Source: Limisphaerales bacterium
GTDB taxonomy: Bacteria; Verrucomicrobiota; Verrucomicrobiia; Limisphaerales; JAJOIW01
Assembly (NCBI GenBank): GCA_965657355.1
Contig: CBFHOE010000009.1
Span: forward strand, 1-64,000
Direction: 5' to 3'
DNA: 64,000 nucleotides
Shown: positions 49,621 to 59,598 of the stretch, piece by piece
Numbering within the stretch: the stretch's first letter is position 1
Layout of the letters: each line of letters starts with the position of its first letter
The notes under the pieces: generated by a model
Told to the model about the DNA's origin: nothing
Databases searched by the model: none
The model's input: only the letters and a program-made list of their open reading frames with translations
Translations under genes and position numbers: made by a program

Positions 49621-52242
49621 ATGAATCCCAAATTTATATCATTCCTCATCCTTACATTTCTATTTTGGGTCATTCCCTATTTTAAGATTCAAGCGAACGA
49701 ATTTTATAACGTCCGCGGAAGAGAAAGCCAGATCTCAACAATAAAGACTATACTAGAAGGAGAATCGGATTTTAAATTTTCGAACCCAGCAAGAATGCAG
49801 GGAATGAGAGGCTTTGGACCGCAATGGAGTGGCCATGCTCATTTACTGTGGGATGGCAAAATCGGGAATTCCACGACCATCGAATTCCACGTTTGGGAAT
49901 CAAGCCTTTATGAGGTTGGCTTTCAATTTACCAAAGCACCCGATTATGGAGTTTTTGAGGTTCGCCTGAATGACGAGATAGTCTTCGATAAGGTAGATCT
50001 CTATGGTCCGCGAGTCGCCCTTTCAAATATTTGGAACATTGATCATATTAATTTAAATGAGGGGCTGAACAAAATAACTTTCACCCTAATTGGCAGTCAT
50101 CCGAGCGCAAATAAATATAGAGAAAATAGTTACTTAATTGGATTTGATTTTCTTAAACTCAAAAACCTTAATCCAAAAAAAGATTTAAAAAAAGCGAATC
50201 AGAAAACCAATCTAGATGAAACCACCACAACAAATTTAACTCAGTTAAATACCAAAGAACTCAAAGGATATTTATCAAGGTATTGTTACGATTGCCATAA
50301 TGATAAAAAATCCAAAGGTGATGTAAACCTCGAGAGGTATAAAAATCTTTCTTCATTTAATAAGGATTTGGAATCAGCAGGGCTTATCCTGGATGTTTTG
50401 TCTAATTACGAAATGCCGCCAGAGGATGAATCCCAACCGAGTGAATTAATTCGTCAAAAATTAATGACGACATTTCAATCCTTGATCGACAAATCCATTC
50501 ATAAAAACCCACGATTGGCAAAAGTGACAATGAGGCGAATGAATCGATATGAGTATAATAATGCAGTGAGAGACCTTTTGAAACTTAAAGGAGACATCTA
50601 CCCTCTACCTGAAAAGCCAATAAGATCAGGAAAAGACTATTTCAACCCGAAATCCGGTCATTACCCCAGCAGCATTGTGGTCGGTAACAGACCACTCGGG
50701 AAATTTCAAATTGAGCAACAAATTCTGGACTCTGTATTCCCGTTCGCTATTGATCTGCAGGCCGAATTCGGGTTCAACAACCAAGGTGACCTCTTAAGTT
50801 TTTCACCGATTCTTTTGGAAAATTTTCTTAATCTTAGCCGATCCATATTGAACAGTTCCCAATTCAATAATTATTGCCAGATTTACAATGAACTTTTTGA
50901 GACCAATATCGACAAGCCATTGAAATCATATGACACGGTAAGAGGCATTGTAAAAACCCGACTTGAGCCATTTCTGGAAAAAGCATTTAGAGAACACCCC
51001 TCAAATAAAATTATTGAGCGGTATACAGATTTCTTTATGAAACAATTTCATGGTTCAAATGATTTTTCCGAAAGTATGAAAAAAACTATTTCGGCAATTC
51101 TTTCATCACCCAAATTTTTATTTATAAATCTCGGTATTCCAAAAAATAAAGTTGAACCCTTATCTGCTTATGAATTGGCAACAAGACTCTCATTTTTTCT
51201 TTGGAGCAGTATACCTGATGAGATTTTAATTGAGAAAGCGAGATCGGGAAAATTACTTAACCCAAAGGTTCTGAAAAATGAAATCAAAAGAATGTTAGAG
51301 AGCAAGCATAGCCAATCGCTCTCTCAAAATTTTGCTCGCCAATGGCTGCGCTTGGATAAATTAATCGCAGCATCACCGGATTTTGACAGATTTGAAATCT
51401 ATTATTCTCGGATTGGGTGTGAGCAATGGAAATTCGGGCTTCAAATGATGATGGAACCACTTTTATTATTTGAGAGTATAATGGTCGAAGACCGGTCCAT
51501 AATGCAGCTGATTGACTCCGACTACACCTATCGCTCCGATGAGTTGGATTCGTGGTACTACGATAAGATTCCATTTAACGACAAAAAGAATGCTGGAAGA
51601 TTTAATACGTTCACGCAATCATTCAAAAGGCGCCCGATAAAATCGAAGCGAGATGGTGGCGTAATGACCTCAGCAGCTGTATTAACAATGACTTCGGACA
51701 CCCTGAGAACAAACCCTATACTCAGAGGAGCATGGATGGCATCGGTTATATTCAATAATCCTCCCCCTCCTCCGCCTGATGCGATTCCAGAGCTTGAAGC
51801 CGATGACGACAAAATCGAATCAGAAGGATTAACACTCAGGCAAAAATTGATAGCACACCAATCAAATGAGTCTTGTAGATCCTGCCACGCAAAAATTGAC
51901 CCTCTGGGATTTGCCTTGGAGAATTTTGATCCAGTAGGTCGCTGGAGAGACAACTACCGTTCTGGATTACCCATAGATAGCTCAGGTGTGTATAATAATT
52001 TTGAGTTCAATGGAATTGTTGAATTAAAAAATCAAATAATAGCACGACCCGAAATATTTATCAGAGCCTTTTCCGAGCATCTGCTTTCGTATGCCCTTGG
52101 CAGAGAGCTCAATATTTATGACAAGCCGGCTATTGATAAAATAACTCGTAACGTTATGCTGGGAAAAGGCAAATTCTCAACAGTCGTTGAACAAATAGCG
52201 ATATCATTTCCTTTTCTCAATAAATCAAGTCAACGATTCTAA
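49621..52242 (+). CDS. DUF1592-family diheme protein with an N-terminal CBM-like beta-sandwich (likely start ATG 49621; track ORF starts at 49543)
   Basis: Signal peptide; QGMRGFGPQWSG...TKAPDYG...DLY...GFD module; CYDCH...MPP; RRMNRYEYNNAVRDL; ELATRLSFFLWSS; PILRGAW; CRSCHAKIDPLGF. Confidence 0.88.
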   Translation: MNPKFISFLILTFLFWVIPYFKIQANEFYNVRGRESQISTIKTILEGESDFKFSNPARMQGMRGFGPQWSGHAHLLWDGKIGNSTTIEFHVWESSLYEVGFQFTKAPDYGVFEVRLNDEIVFDKVDLYGPRVALSNIWNIDHINLNEGLNKITFTLIGSHPSANKYRENSYLIGFDFLKLKNLNPKKDLKKANQKTNLDETTTTNLTQLNTKELKGYLSRYCYDCHNDKKSKGDVNLERYKNLSSFNKDLESAGLILDVLSNYEMPPEDESQPSELIRQKLMTTFQSLIDKSIHKNPRLAKVTMRRMNRYEYNNAVRDLLKLKGDIYPLPEKPIRSGKDYFNPKSGHYPSSIVVGNRPLGKFQIEQQILDSVFPFAIDLQAEFGFNNQGDLLSFSPILLENFLNLSRSILNSSQFNNYCQIYNELFETNIDKPLKSYDTVRGIVKTRLEPFLEKAFREHPSNKIIERYTDFFMKQFHGSNDFSESMKKTISAILSSPKFLFINLGIPKNKVEPLSAYELATRLSFFLWSSIPDEILIEKARSGKLLNPKVLKNEIKRMLESKHSQSLSQNFARQWLRLDKLIAASPDFDRFEIYYSRIGCEQWKFGLQMMMEPLLLFESIMVEDRSIMQLIDSDYTYRSDELDSWYYDKIPFNDKKNAGRFNTFTQSFKRRPIKSKRDGGVMTSAAVLTMTSDTLRTNPILRGAWMASVIFNNPPPPPPDAIPELEADDDKIESEGLTLRQKLIAHQSNESCRSCHAKIDPLGFALENFDPVGRWRDNYRSGLPIDSSGVYNNFEFNGIVELKNQIIARPEIFIRAFSEHLLSYALGRELNIYDKPAIDKITRNVMLGKGKFSTVVEQIAISFPFLNKSSQRF

Positions 52243-52245
52243 GTA

Positions 52246-53544
52246 ATGAAAAAATCTTTTGAATTTTCAAGGAGAAGGTTTCTCAAAGGTTGTGGGGCGG
52301 CGCTTGCTCTCCCTTACATGGAATCCTTGCAAGCATCCAAAAAGTCATCAGCAAACGTGGCTCCGCCAATTAGGTTAGCCTTTTTTTATATTCCAAATGG
52401 AGTGGAACAGTCGCATTGGAATATTGAAAACACGGGACGTGGGGACGAATGGCAATTAAGCCGGACTCTCTCACCGCTTAACCCTGTAAAAAATAAACTC
52501 CTCGTCCTATCTAATTTAGATCGCATCAAAGTACCTGGGACTGACGGTCATGCACAGGCTGGATCATGTTATCTCAGTACAGCACGTCCAGATGAGCTTT
52601 CTCCTGCCGGCTACCCTCTTAAAAAGACCATTGATCAGCTGGTAGCTCAAGAAGTAGGGAATCAAACACCCTTTAGATCCCTTGAGCTGAGCTGTAACCC
52701 CTATGAGGATAATCGGGAATCTGTATATTTCGATAATATCTCATGGTATGGACCTAGTCATGTTGCTAAATCTGTCAGGGATCCTAAAAAAGTATTCAAT
52801 AGGCTCTTTCAAGTTTCAGAACATAAAGGCCATGCAAGTGTACTTGACATTGTCCTTGATGATGCAAAGTCCCTTAGTAAGACCATTGCTCAATCGGACA
52901 ATCTAAAACTAGAAGAGTATATGGATTCGGTAAGAACTGTTGAAAAACAAATTGAACGAATCAAAGGCCGTCAAGATGCCATTAGTAAACTCGGTATTTC
53001 CCCACCAACAAAGCCTTGGCAAGCCATGGCACGAGATGAATTTATAGAAGTGATGTCTGACCTCATGGTATTGGCTTTCCAAACAAACCTTACCCGGGTA
53101 GCAACCTTGATGACTGGCCCTGAAAGATGGGGGTCGCCACTTACTGTTGACGGTTTGTTTGAGAAACCAGTAAGCCATCATGGGATGACACATGCTCAAG
53201 GTAAGGACGAAGTTAAAAAGCAACTCCAGGCACTGGATAGATTCCACGTTGAGCAATATTTCAAAGTTATTCAAAAAATGGATTCGATTAAAGAAGGTGA
53301 GAAATCTTTGCTCGACAACATGATGCTTGTATTAGGGTCAGGCTTGAGCAGTGGAATGCTCCACGTTTGTAACAACCTGCCGACAGTCATTGCAGGTAAA
53401 GCAGGTGGGCTCATAAATTCCAACCAACACATTAAAGCACCTGAAGGCACCCCGATAGCAAACCTGTGGATGAAGATTGCAGAAATCATGAATACCAAAA
53501 AGGAACGAATCGGAGATTCTACAGGCACACTGAGCCTCTCATAA
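52246..53544 (+). CDS. DUF1552 domain protein, Tat-exported
   Basis: FSRRRFLKG...LALPYMES, YIPNG, TIDQLVA, SLEL, NISW, SVLD, HHGMTH and SLLDN motifs. Confidence 0.92.
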   Translation: MKKSFEFSRRRFLKGCGAALALPYMESLQASKKSSANVAPPIRLAFFYIPNGVEQSHWNIENTGRGDEWQLSRTLSPLNPVKNKLLVLSNLDRIKVPGTDGHAQAGSCYLSTARPDELSPAGYPLKKTIDQLVAQEVGNQTPFRSLELSCNPYEDNRESVYFDNISWYGPSHVAKSVRDPKKVFNRLFQVSEHKGHASVLDIVLDDAKSLSKTIAQSDNLKLEEYMDSVRTVEKQIERIKGRQDAISKLGISPPTKPWQAMARDEFIEVMSDLMVLAFQTNLTRVATLMTGPERWGSPLTVDGLFEKPVSHHGMTHAQGKDEVKKQLQALDRFHVEQYFKVIQKMDSIKEGEKSLLDNMMLVLGSGLSSGMLHVCNNLPTVIAGKAGGLINSNQHIKAPEGTPIANLWMKIAEIMNTKKERIGDSTGTLSLS

Positions 53545-53626
53545 ATGATAAATTAATAAGAGGAATAAACTGAGACACTATTTGAAAAAGGGACTTTTGA
53601 TTGTAAGGGCTTTTATCCTTAATTAA

Positions 53627-53710
53627 CTGGCAAAACATGCAGCAAGACTGGATAAGATGACCCAAAGGGATGGGACGGTGCTGGATCACTCATACCTGAT
53701 GAGGAAGTAA
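53627..53710 (+). pseudogene. Possible DUF1552 gene fragment
   Basis: Translates to LAKHAARLDKMTQRDGTVLDHSYLMRK*, which parallels KMDSIKEGEKSLLDNMMLV of the upstream gene; no start codon context. Confidence 0.35.
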
Positions 53711-53985
53711 TATGTAGTCGAGAAGTCGGCATGATTCCTCAAAGTTTCCGCTGATTTTGGCGAACGGGATTTTATGAGGTGTCAAAAATAGAGAGTTAGG
53801 AGATTACACAAATCAGAGCGCTGACAACCAGAGATTTGCAGTATCTACTCCGCTCTAATAAATCGCGTGGACTTGAAAACCCCAGAGGTCTGAAATAAGA
53901 TTAATGGACTTTTTGGGATATAAATATTGAGTGATACGAAAGAACTGGCAAAACACAAGCTGTTTATGACCTGAAATAAATTCAC

Positions 53986-54909
53986 TCATTCAGGTGAATG
54001 ACTACCCAACCAAAAAACGGCATTTTCAATTATTTGTATAATTTCGGGTTGCTTGTAGACAGGAAACGTTTCATGCCCTGGGCGGAAATAAAATACCTTA
54101 CCCTTTTGAATGTTCCAGACCATACCACTTCGAAACCACTCGCCAGGTTCCCACCTCTCTTCAAAAACAACTTGGTCCGGTGGAGGAACATGAAAGGGCT
54201 CATTATACATTTCGGTCGATTTAACTTTGAAGCTTGGAGGGATACCTTTAGCAATTGGATGGTCCGGTAGCTTAGTCACCATGACACTGGGCTTTCCATC
54301 AGGACGGTAGTTCGGAAAACAACAGTTGGGAAGATCTACTCTTACTTTGGCTGCCATCTTGGCTCTCATTAGAACATAATACGCAGGAGTGACCACAGAA
54401 TCAGAAGATGGAGCCATCCTGCCAGGAGGCGGGATGAATTCAAATTCGACTTTCTTACCCTTTTCCGGGTCTGGATATTTTAACTTAGCATTGATTTTCG
54501 TCTTTTCATTCATTGCTTCCATGAATGGAGTAGCCCAATGAGCGGAGTGCAAAACGATTAAATTGAGGGAACCGTTTTTGAGTCTTTCCACAACCTTCTT
54601 TTTTGCAACCGGGGGTGTTACTTCATGCTGTCTGACATGTCCCCACCAAATTAATACCTGAGCCCAATCGAGATCTTTATCCAAGAGACCTTTTTCCGGA
54701 TCATTAATCGATACTGACTTTATCTTTAGTCTATCACCATTGGATTCTATTAATTGACGAGAAATTTCATTACCTATGAAATTCTCATAAGCTTTGGACT
54801 GAGAAGGCTGGCGCTCGTCCCATACGAGGACATTTATGGCTGATGCTTCAAGCTCTGAGCTGAAACCTAATAAATAAATTAAAAGTAATACGGCCAATTC
54901 TTTTTTCAT
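53986..54909 (-). CDS. ThuA-like (trehalose utilisation, class I glutamine-amidotransferase-like fold) protein; likely start ATG 54909
   Basis: VLVWDERQP, WWGH, LIVLHSAHW, EMYNEPF and YFRPGHETFP motifs; a signal peptide follows MKKEL. Confidence 0.88.
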   Translation of the reverse strand: MKKELAVLLLIYLLGFSSELEASAINVLVWDERQPSQSKAYENFIGNEISRQLIESNGDRLKIKSVSINDPEKGLLDKDLDWAQVLIWWGHVRQHEVTPPVAKKKVVERLKNGSLNLIVLHSAHWATPFMEAMNEKTKINAKLKYPDPEKGKKVEFEFIPPPGRMAPSSDSVVTPAYYVLMRAKMAAKVRVDLPNCCFPNYRPDGKPSVMVTKLPDHPIAKGIPPSFKVKSTEMYNEPFHVPPPDQVVFEERWEPGEWFRSGMVWNIQKGKVFYFRPGHETFPVYKQPEIIQIIENAVFWLGSHSPE

Positions 54910-55246
54910 TAATTTCTGGAATTGAATGGTATTATTGAGTTTCAAACGAAAATTGTCCAGTGCCACCCCATTTTTCTCCACACCTATAAAATTGAATGAT
55001 ATTCGGTTGCATTCCACTAGAATTATCATTCAATGGCATCACGAGTTTTTGAGTAAGGAAGTTTATTTAAGTTATATCGATTCATTTTGAGGCCTCTCTT
55101 CTGCGGTTTGGCGAGTGCCATACGAACAAAAGATCGTAAAATTGGATCCCCGAGTCTAAAGATCATCGACCAGATCACCGTTTAAGACTCACTATGAAAA
55201 TTCAAATAATAAAATTAAATTCACAGCGTACAAAACCTTTACTGGA

Positions 55247-56674
55247 CTAGTTTTTGTAAGGAACAGTTCCTGATTTATCAAGTGGGTATTTCCACTTTGA
55301 AATATACGCTGAGGCCGGCAAAAATTCATCCCCAGTCGCTTTCAGCTTTTTCTTTAACTCTTTATTAAATTTTTTAGCGATAGGAGTGTTTTTATTTTCT
55401 GCTAAAAGGTTATCTAATTGGAAAGGATCCTTAATATTATCAAAAAGCATCCAAGGGCCACGAAGGTCTTCGACGTAAGTGTATTGATTAGTCCTTAATC
55501 CACGAAATTCTTTACCTCCCCACCTGCGAGCCCATTGACCAAAGGGGGCTGGACAGCTTAACAAGACACTTCCGTCATTCGGGTTTGCCCCTCCTTTCAT
55601 GTGATCGCTAAAATCTAAGCCTTCGACGGTTTGGGGAATAGAGACTCCAGACAACCCTAAAAGAGTCGGCATAATATCCTCTGTATTCATTAATGATTTC
55701 ACCCGCTTTCCCTTGCGTCCAAATTGTTTTGGGTAGTGGAATAACATGGGAACTCTAATAGATTCCTCGTATGGTTGCTGTTTTTTGTAGGCACCATGGG
55801 ATCCAATTAAATCACCATGATCAGAAGTTAGAACAATGATTGTGTCTTCTTCCTGTTTGGTCGCCTTTAAAGTATCCCAAAGACCCGCTATGCAATCATC
55901 AAGCGCAGTGCAATGGGCATAGTATCCGGCAAGATCTTTTCTGGCTAATTCACGAAACGAGTGTGGAATGTTGGGACGAATTTTTATTTTTTTGGCATCA
56001 TACATTTCACGGTATTTTTGAGGTGCTGTATGATATGGAGCGTGAGGTGGCCCAAACCCAATGAACAAGGCAAATGGCTTTTCAGATTTTGAGGCAATTT
56101 TTATGTAGTGCTGAGCGTCACGGGTTTGAGCAATAGCATCATATCCATCCCATTTTAGCTTTTCTGGGCCGTCGGCATAGTAAAATGAATTATTATAATT
56201 ATGCGTGCACTCGAGCACCTTCCAGTATTGAAAGCCTTGTCGCCTTTCACGGGGTATAAAATTTGACCTCCCATTGCCGTCGACATGCCATTTTCCGATA
56301 TATCCAGTCTGATATCCAGCACTACCCAATATTTTTCCTATAGAATTAGCATTAGGGTCAAGGGATACGTCATTCATGAAAACCCCATGAGTAAGAGGTC
56401 TTTGACCTGTTAAAAGGCTAGCCCTCATTGGACAACACACTGGAACCCCACTCACCGCCTCGGTGAAATTAATAGATTCTTTTTCAAGCTGATCGATATT
56501 AGGAGTCCTCACATCCTTATTCCCAGCGTAACCGAATGAATCAAACCTCCATTGGTCAGTAAGCAAAAAAAGAATATTCGGTCGATCTCCGCTATGGCCA
56601 CTAAGGGATAAAGGGAATTGGGCAAAGACACAAAAGAGGATGAATAAATATATAGACTCAAATTTTTTTTTCAT
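55247..56674 (-). CDS. Sulfatase (S1)
   Basis: TDQWR, CCPMRASLLTG, GKWH, PPHAPY and SDHGD motifs. Confidence 0.95.
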   Translation of the reverse strand: MKKKFESIYLFILFCVFAQFPLSLSGHSGDRPNILFLLTDQWRFDSFGYAGNKDVRTPNIDQLEKESINFTEAVSGVPVCCPMRASLLTGQRPLTHGVFMNDVSLDPNANSIGKILGSAGYQTGYIGKWHVDGNGRSNFIPRERRQGFQYWKVLECTHNYNNSFYYADGPEKLKWDGYDAIAQTRDAQHYIKIASKSEKPFALFIGFGPPHAPYHTAPQKYREMYDAKKIKIRPNIPHSFRELARKDLAGYYAHCTALDDCIAGLWDTLKATKQEEDTIIVLTSDHGDLIGSHGAYKKQQPYEESIRVPMLFHYPKQFGRKGKRVKSLMNTEDIMPTLLGLSGVSIPQTVEGLDFSDHMKGGANPNDGSVLLSCPAPFGQWARRWGGKEFRGLRTNQYTYVEDLRGPWMLFDNIKDPFQLDNLLAENKNTPIAKKFNKELKKKLKATGDEFLPASAYISKWKYPLDKSGTVPYKN

Positions 56675-56877
56675 ATACGTGCTGGTTATTTGTTAAATCG
56701 ACTAGTCTTCTGAGTTCCAAATAATCTTATTTCTTTTTTCTATTTCTCCAGATTCTACTTTTAAGTCTATCCAGACTTTTCCACGGGATTCCCAAATGAC
56801 AAGCGCAAGGAAAACAAACGAAATCCCCACAGATAAAAGATAGAGATATCTGAGATTTTTCATATCTAATATGACTT

Positions 56878-57690
56878 TTAGTCATTTTGTATTTCTGATG
56901 TAGGATCGACACCTTCTTGGCTAATAAAATTTTGTTGAAATTGCTGCACGGTCCCGATAGGTAGCTTATCTGCATGTTCAGGATCTTTAAGGCCATCACT
57001 ATCTTCGGCAGAAAAGGACTTTAGAATCTCGAGTTGTTGTTTTAATCCCATAATTTCCCTCTCCGAATGTTCCATCATTTCTTTTTGCAGAGACAACAAT
57101 TCCCGCAGTTGTTGGAGTTCGCTTTTTGTGACTTTTTCCGAAAAATTTCCACCATGATCTTCATTAAGATTTTCATTGGCAGCCCTCTTTTCACTCCGTT
57201 CGGTCCAGGGTTCTTTTTGGAAGACACGGCTTGACTGATTTGGCATCTTTTTTCGTTTCTTTTTATTTCCTTTTGTCTTTTGGTGAAGATTGAGCCGTTC
57301 GCCTTCTGTGGAATTTCCACCTAGCTGAGAGTGTGAATTTTTTTCACGTTTCCCCCCCCGATACGCTTGTCTCGCAGCCGCAGAAAACGATACTAATCGT
57401 TCTTTTTTTATTTGCCTGTCCTTTTCAAAAATAACACCTAATTCTGATTCGATGGCGTTAGCACGCATCTCGAGTGACTTAATTTTTTTTGATGAAGGCT
57501 CACCGTCTTTAAGTTGGACTGCTAGTATATCAAACTTAATCTCAACCAAATGGTTTGCTAATTTCATTGCGATCACTTCAAGAACTTTTTCTTGAAGTGA
57601 TATTTCTAGTTTGACTGGATAATCTCGTGATTGGGCAAAAGACCATTGTTGAGAGACAACAAAAAAAAGGACAAAAAAAAGTCTATTCAT
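56878..57690 (-). CDS. Hypothetical exported, charged coiled-coil protein
   Basis: 270-aa ORF with a signal peptide (MNRLFFVLFF...SFA) and K/E-rich helical segments; no family recognised. Confidence 0.6.
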   Translation of the reverse strand: MNRLFFVLFFVVSQQWSFAQSRDYPVKLEISLQEKVLEVIAMKLANHLVEIKFDILAVQLKDGEPSSKKIKSLEMRANAIESELGVIFEKDRQIKKERLVSFSAAARQAYRGGKREKNSHSQLGGNSTEGERLNLHQKTKGNKKKRKKMPNQSSRVFQKEPWTERSEKRAANENLNEDHGGNFSEKVTKSELQQLRELLSLQKEMMEHSEREIMGLKQQLEILKSFSAEDSDGLKDPEHADKLPIGTVQQFQQNFISQEGVDPTSEIQND

Positions 57691-57763
57691 TTTAATTTTA
57701 CCTGTTTTTTAGGATTTTACCTTGGGACCTCGGAATAGTCCATTGAGTGCTAAAATTTTAGAA

Positions 57764-58516
57764 TTAAAACTCTCCATCCTTATTAAATTTCTTTTGAGTT
57801 GCTTCACCAAATTTTTTTGCTCCAGCCTGAAGGTTTTTAATCAACTGACCAGACGCAATATCGGAACTAGCTCGCGCCGTTGAAATTAAGTTCTTGCACT
57901 CATTATCATCCATAAATACCGAAGCCTCGAGCAAACCTTTTTCCTCGCCGTGTGGGACGGCAAGAAAACCGTGATGGTCAGCATGGATTAATTGACCTGG
58001 TTTTATTTTGCTACCGAACACTTCGACCTCACACCCCCATCTTATGGGTGTTGCATAGGCATGCCCCACACAAAGCCTGCGCGCCAAAGCTTTAAATCCA
58101 GCAAACTTCATTTCCTCCAAATCTCGAATCGCCCCATCTACAATCACCCCGACGCAACCAAATGCGCGATGGACATTTGCATTGACCTCACCCCATGCAG
58201 CACCAAATGTCGCCGGTTTATCAAGATCTTGGACGACGACAATTTTCGGTCCAGGCACAGATTCAATGTATGCCCAATACTGATTCCAGGCATCAGGCAG
58301 GTTCTCCTGGTGTTCCTTATTTCCAGGTTGAATAACACACGTCACGGCGTATCCAACCATGGCTCCAATTTCGGGCATATAATCATGAGTTTCCTCTATA
58401 TTTATTCCTACTCTTGAATGGTCTTCTTTAGTTATTTGCTCCCATCCATTGTATATCGTTGGCGTATTCCATCTTCGCAATTGAAGAAGCTCTGCATCTG
58501 AAAGTATATTTTTCAT
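57764..58516 (-). CDS. RraA family protein (HMG/CHA aldolase-like)
   Basis: TPTIYNGWE, VGYAVT, WGEVNA, DGAIRDLEE and PGQLIHADHHG motifs. Confidence 0.88.
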   Translation of the reverse strand: MKNILSDAELLQLRRWNTPTIYNGWEQITKEDHSRVGINIEETHDYMPEIGAMVGYAVTCVIQPGNKEHQENLPDAWNQYWAYIESVPGPKIVVVQDLDKPATFGAAWGEVNANVHRAFGCVGVIVDGAIRDLEEMKFAGFKALARRLCVGHAYATPIRWGCEVEVFGSKIKPGQLIHADHHGFLAVPHGEEKGLLEASVFMDDNECKNLISTARASSDIASGQLIKNLQAGAKKFGEATQKKFNKDGEF

Positions 58517-58549
58517 GTCTTTTAAAATAATGAATTTTGAATTTTTGAT

Positions 58550-59485
58550 TTAGATTAGTGCGGTTTTTAAATTTTCAACTCCAATCCGGTGTGACTGGAC
58601 GGCTGTCAGTGCTTTCGGAGATTTTTCCTCAACAGCCTGCTCAAGAACCATATGCGGTTTGACACCCTTGTTGAATAAAAATGAAATTAAACGAATATAA
58701 TCAATATCTCCATCCAAGGAGAAAGCTTCTCTCCATGTCCCTTTATGTGATTGCCTGAGATGCAGTTCAACGATTCTTTTGTGGTAATGTTCTACGACAT
58801 CAAACACCGCTATTTCTGAGTTACCACAACCCCGATAAACCCAGTGAGCATCAAGACATAATTTCACATATTGAGGATGAGTAGCAGTGAGCATGTGGTG
58901 AAATTCCCGCGCCCCAGCCCTTAATTCAGCATCATGGTTATGATAAGCAAGCTGCAATCCCATCTTATCAAGCTTTTCACCAAGTTTATTGATAGCCTTG
59001 GCCTGTGTTTTTAGTTGGTCATCTGATTTATCTTCTAAGCCCCCCCACCGTATGGGTGAAGGATTAGTGACAACTATCTTTGCCCCCAAGGCTTTAGCAG
59101 CTTCTGCAATTTCAAGGACCCGTCCTATGCTTTTTTCCGCCTCAGACGGTTCGTGGAGCGTTGAATTGACATAAAAAGAACGCATTTCCAATTGATACTT
59201 AGAGAGGCTCTCTTTAAGTCCCATTAACTCGGACGAAGAATTAAGAATAGGTTCATATCCATGAATTCCTGCGTTATGAATTCTATTTAAAAGATCATTG
59301 GAATGCAGTGGTGAATTTCTCCCTGTTCTCTGATCAAAGGTTGCCCATGGGTAGGTATTGGTTGCTATGTGGTATTCCTTTTTTGCAGCGCCTTCATTTG
59401 ATCTCAATTGTATCGGCAGTATAGATGCTAAAGCCAAACTTGAAGTACTCAGCATACTGAGAGACTCTCTTCGTGTCATCTTCAT
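58550..59485 (-). CDS. Sugar phosphate isomerase/epimerase (xylose-isomerase-like TIM barrel), Tat-exported
   Basis: TRRESL Tat motif; YHNHDAE, LCLDAHW, LHLRQ, GDIDY and VLEQ. Confidence 0.9.
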   Translation of the reverse strand: MKMTRRESLSMLSTSSLALASILPIQLRSNEGAAKKEYHIATNTYPWATFDQRTGRNSPLHSNDLLNRIHNAGIHGYEPILNSSSELMGLKESLSKYQLEMRSFYVNSTLHEPSEAEKSIGRVLEIAEAAKALGAKIVVTNPSPIRWGGLEDKSDDQLKTQAKAINKLGEKLDKMGLQLAYHNHDAELRAGAREFHHMLTATHPQYVKLCLDAHWVYRGCGNSEIAVFDVVEHYHKRIVELHLRQSHKGTWREAFSLDGDIDYIRLISFLFNKGVKPHMVLEQAVEEKSPKALTAVQSHRIGVENLKTALI

Positions 59486-59598
59486 GAATAGTGATAATCT
59501 TACATTCAGATATCTCTTAAAAGAACAATAATCGGAATAAGTAAGTTAAATACCTCCAGTAAAATATTCTGTAAAAATGGTTACTAAAGAAATAAAAT

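Noticed and set aside
54910..55029. N-terminal 40 aa of the ThuA ORF
   Set aside because: The signal peptide starts at Met41 (54909); the upstream part is probably non-coding.
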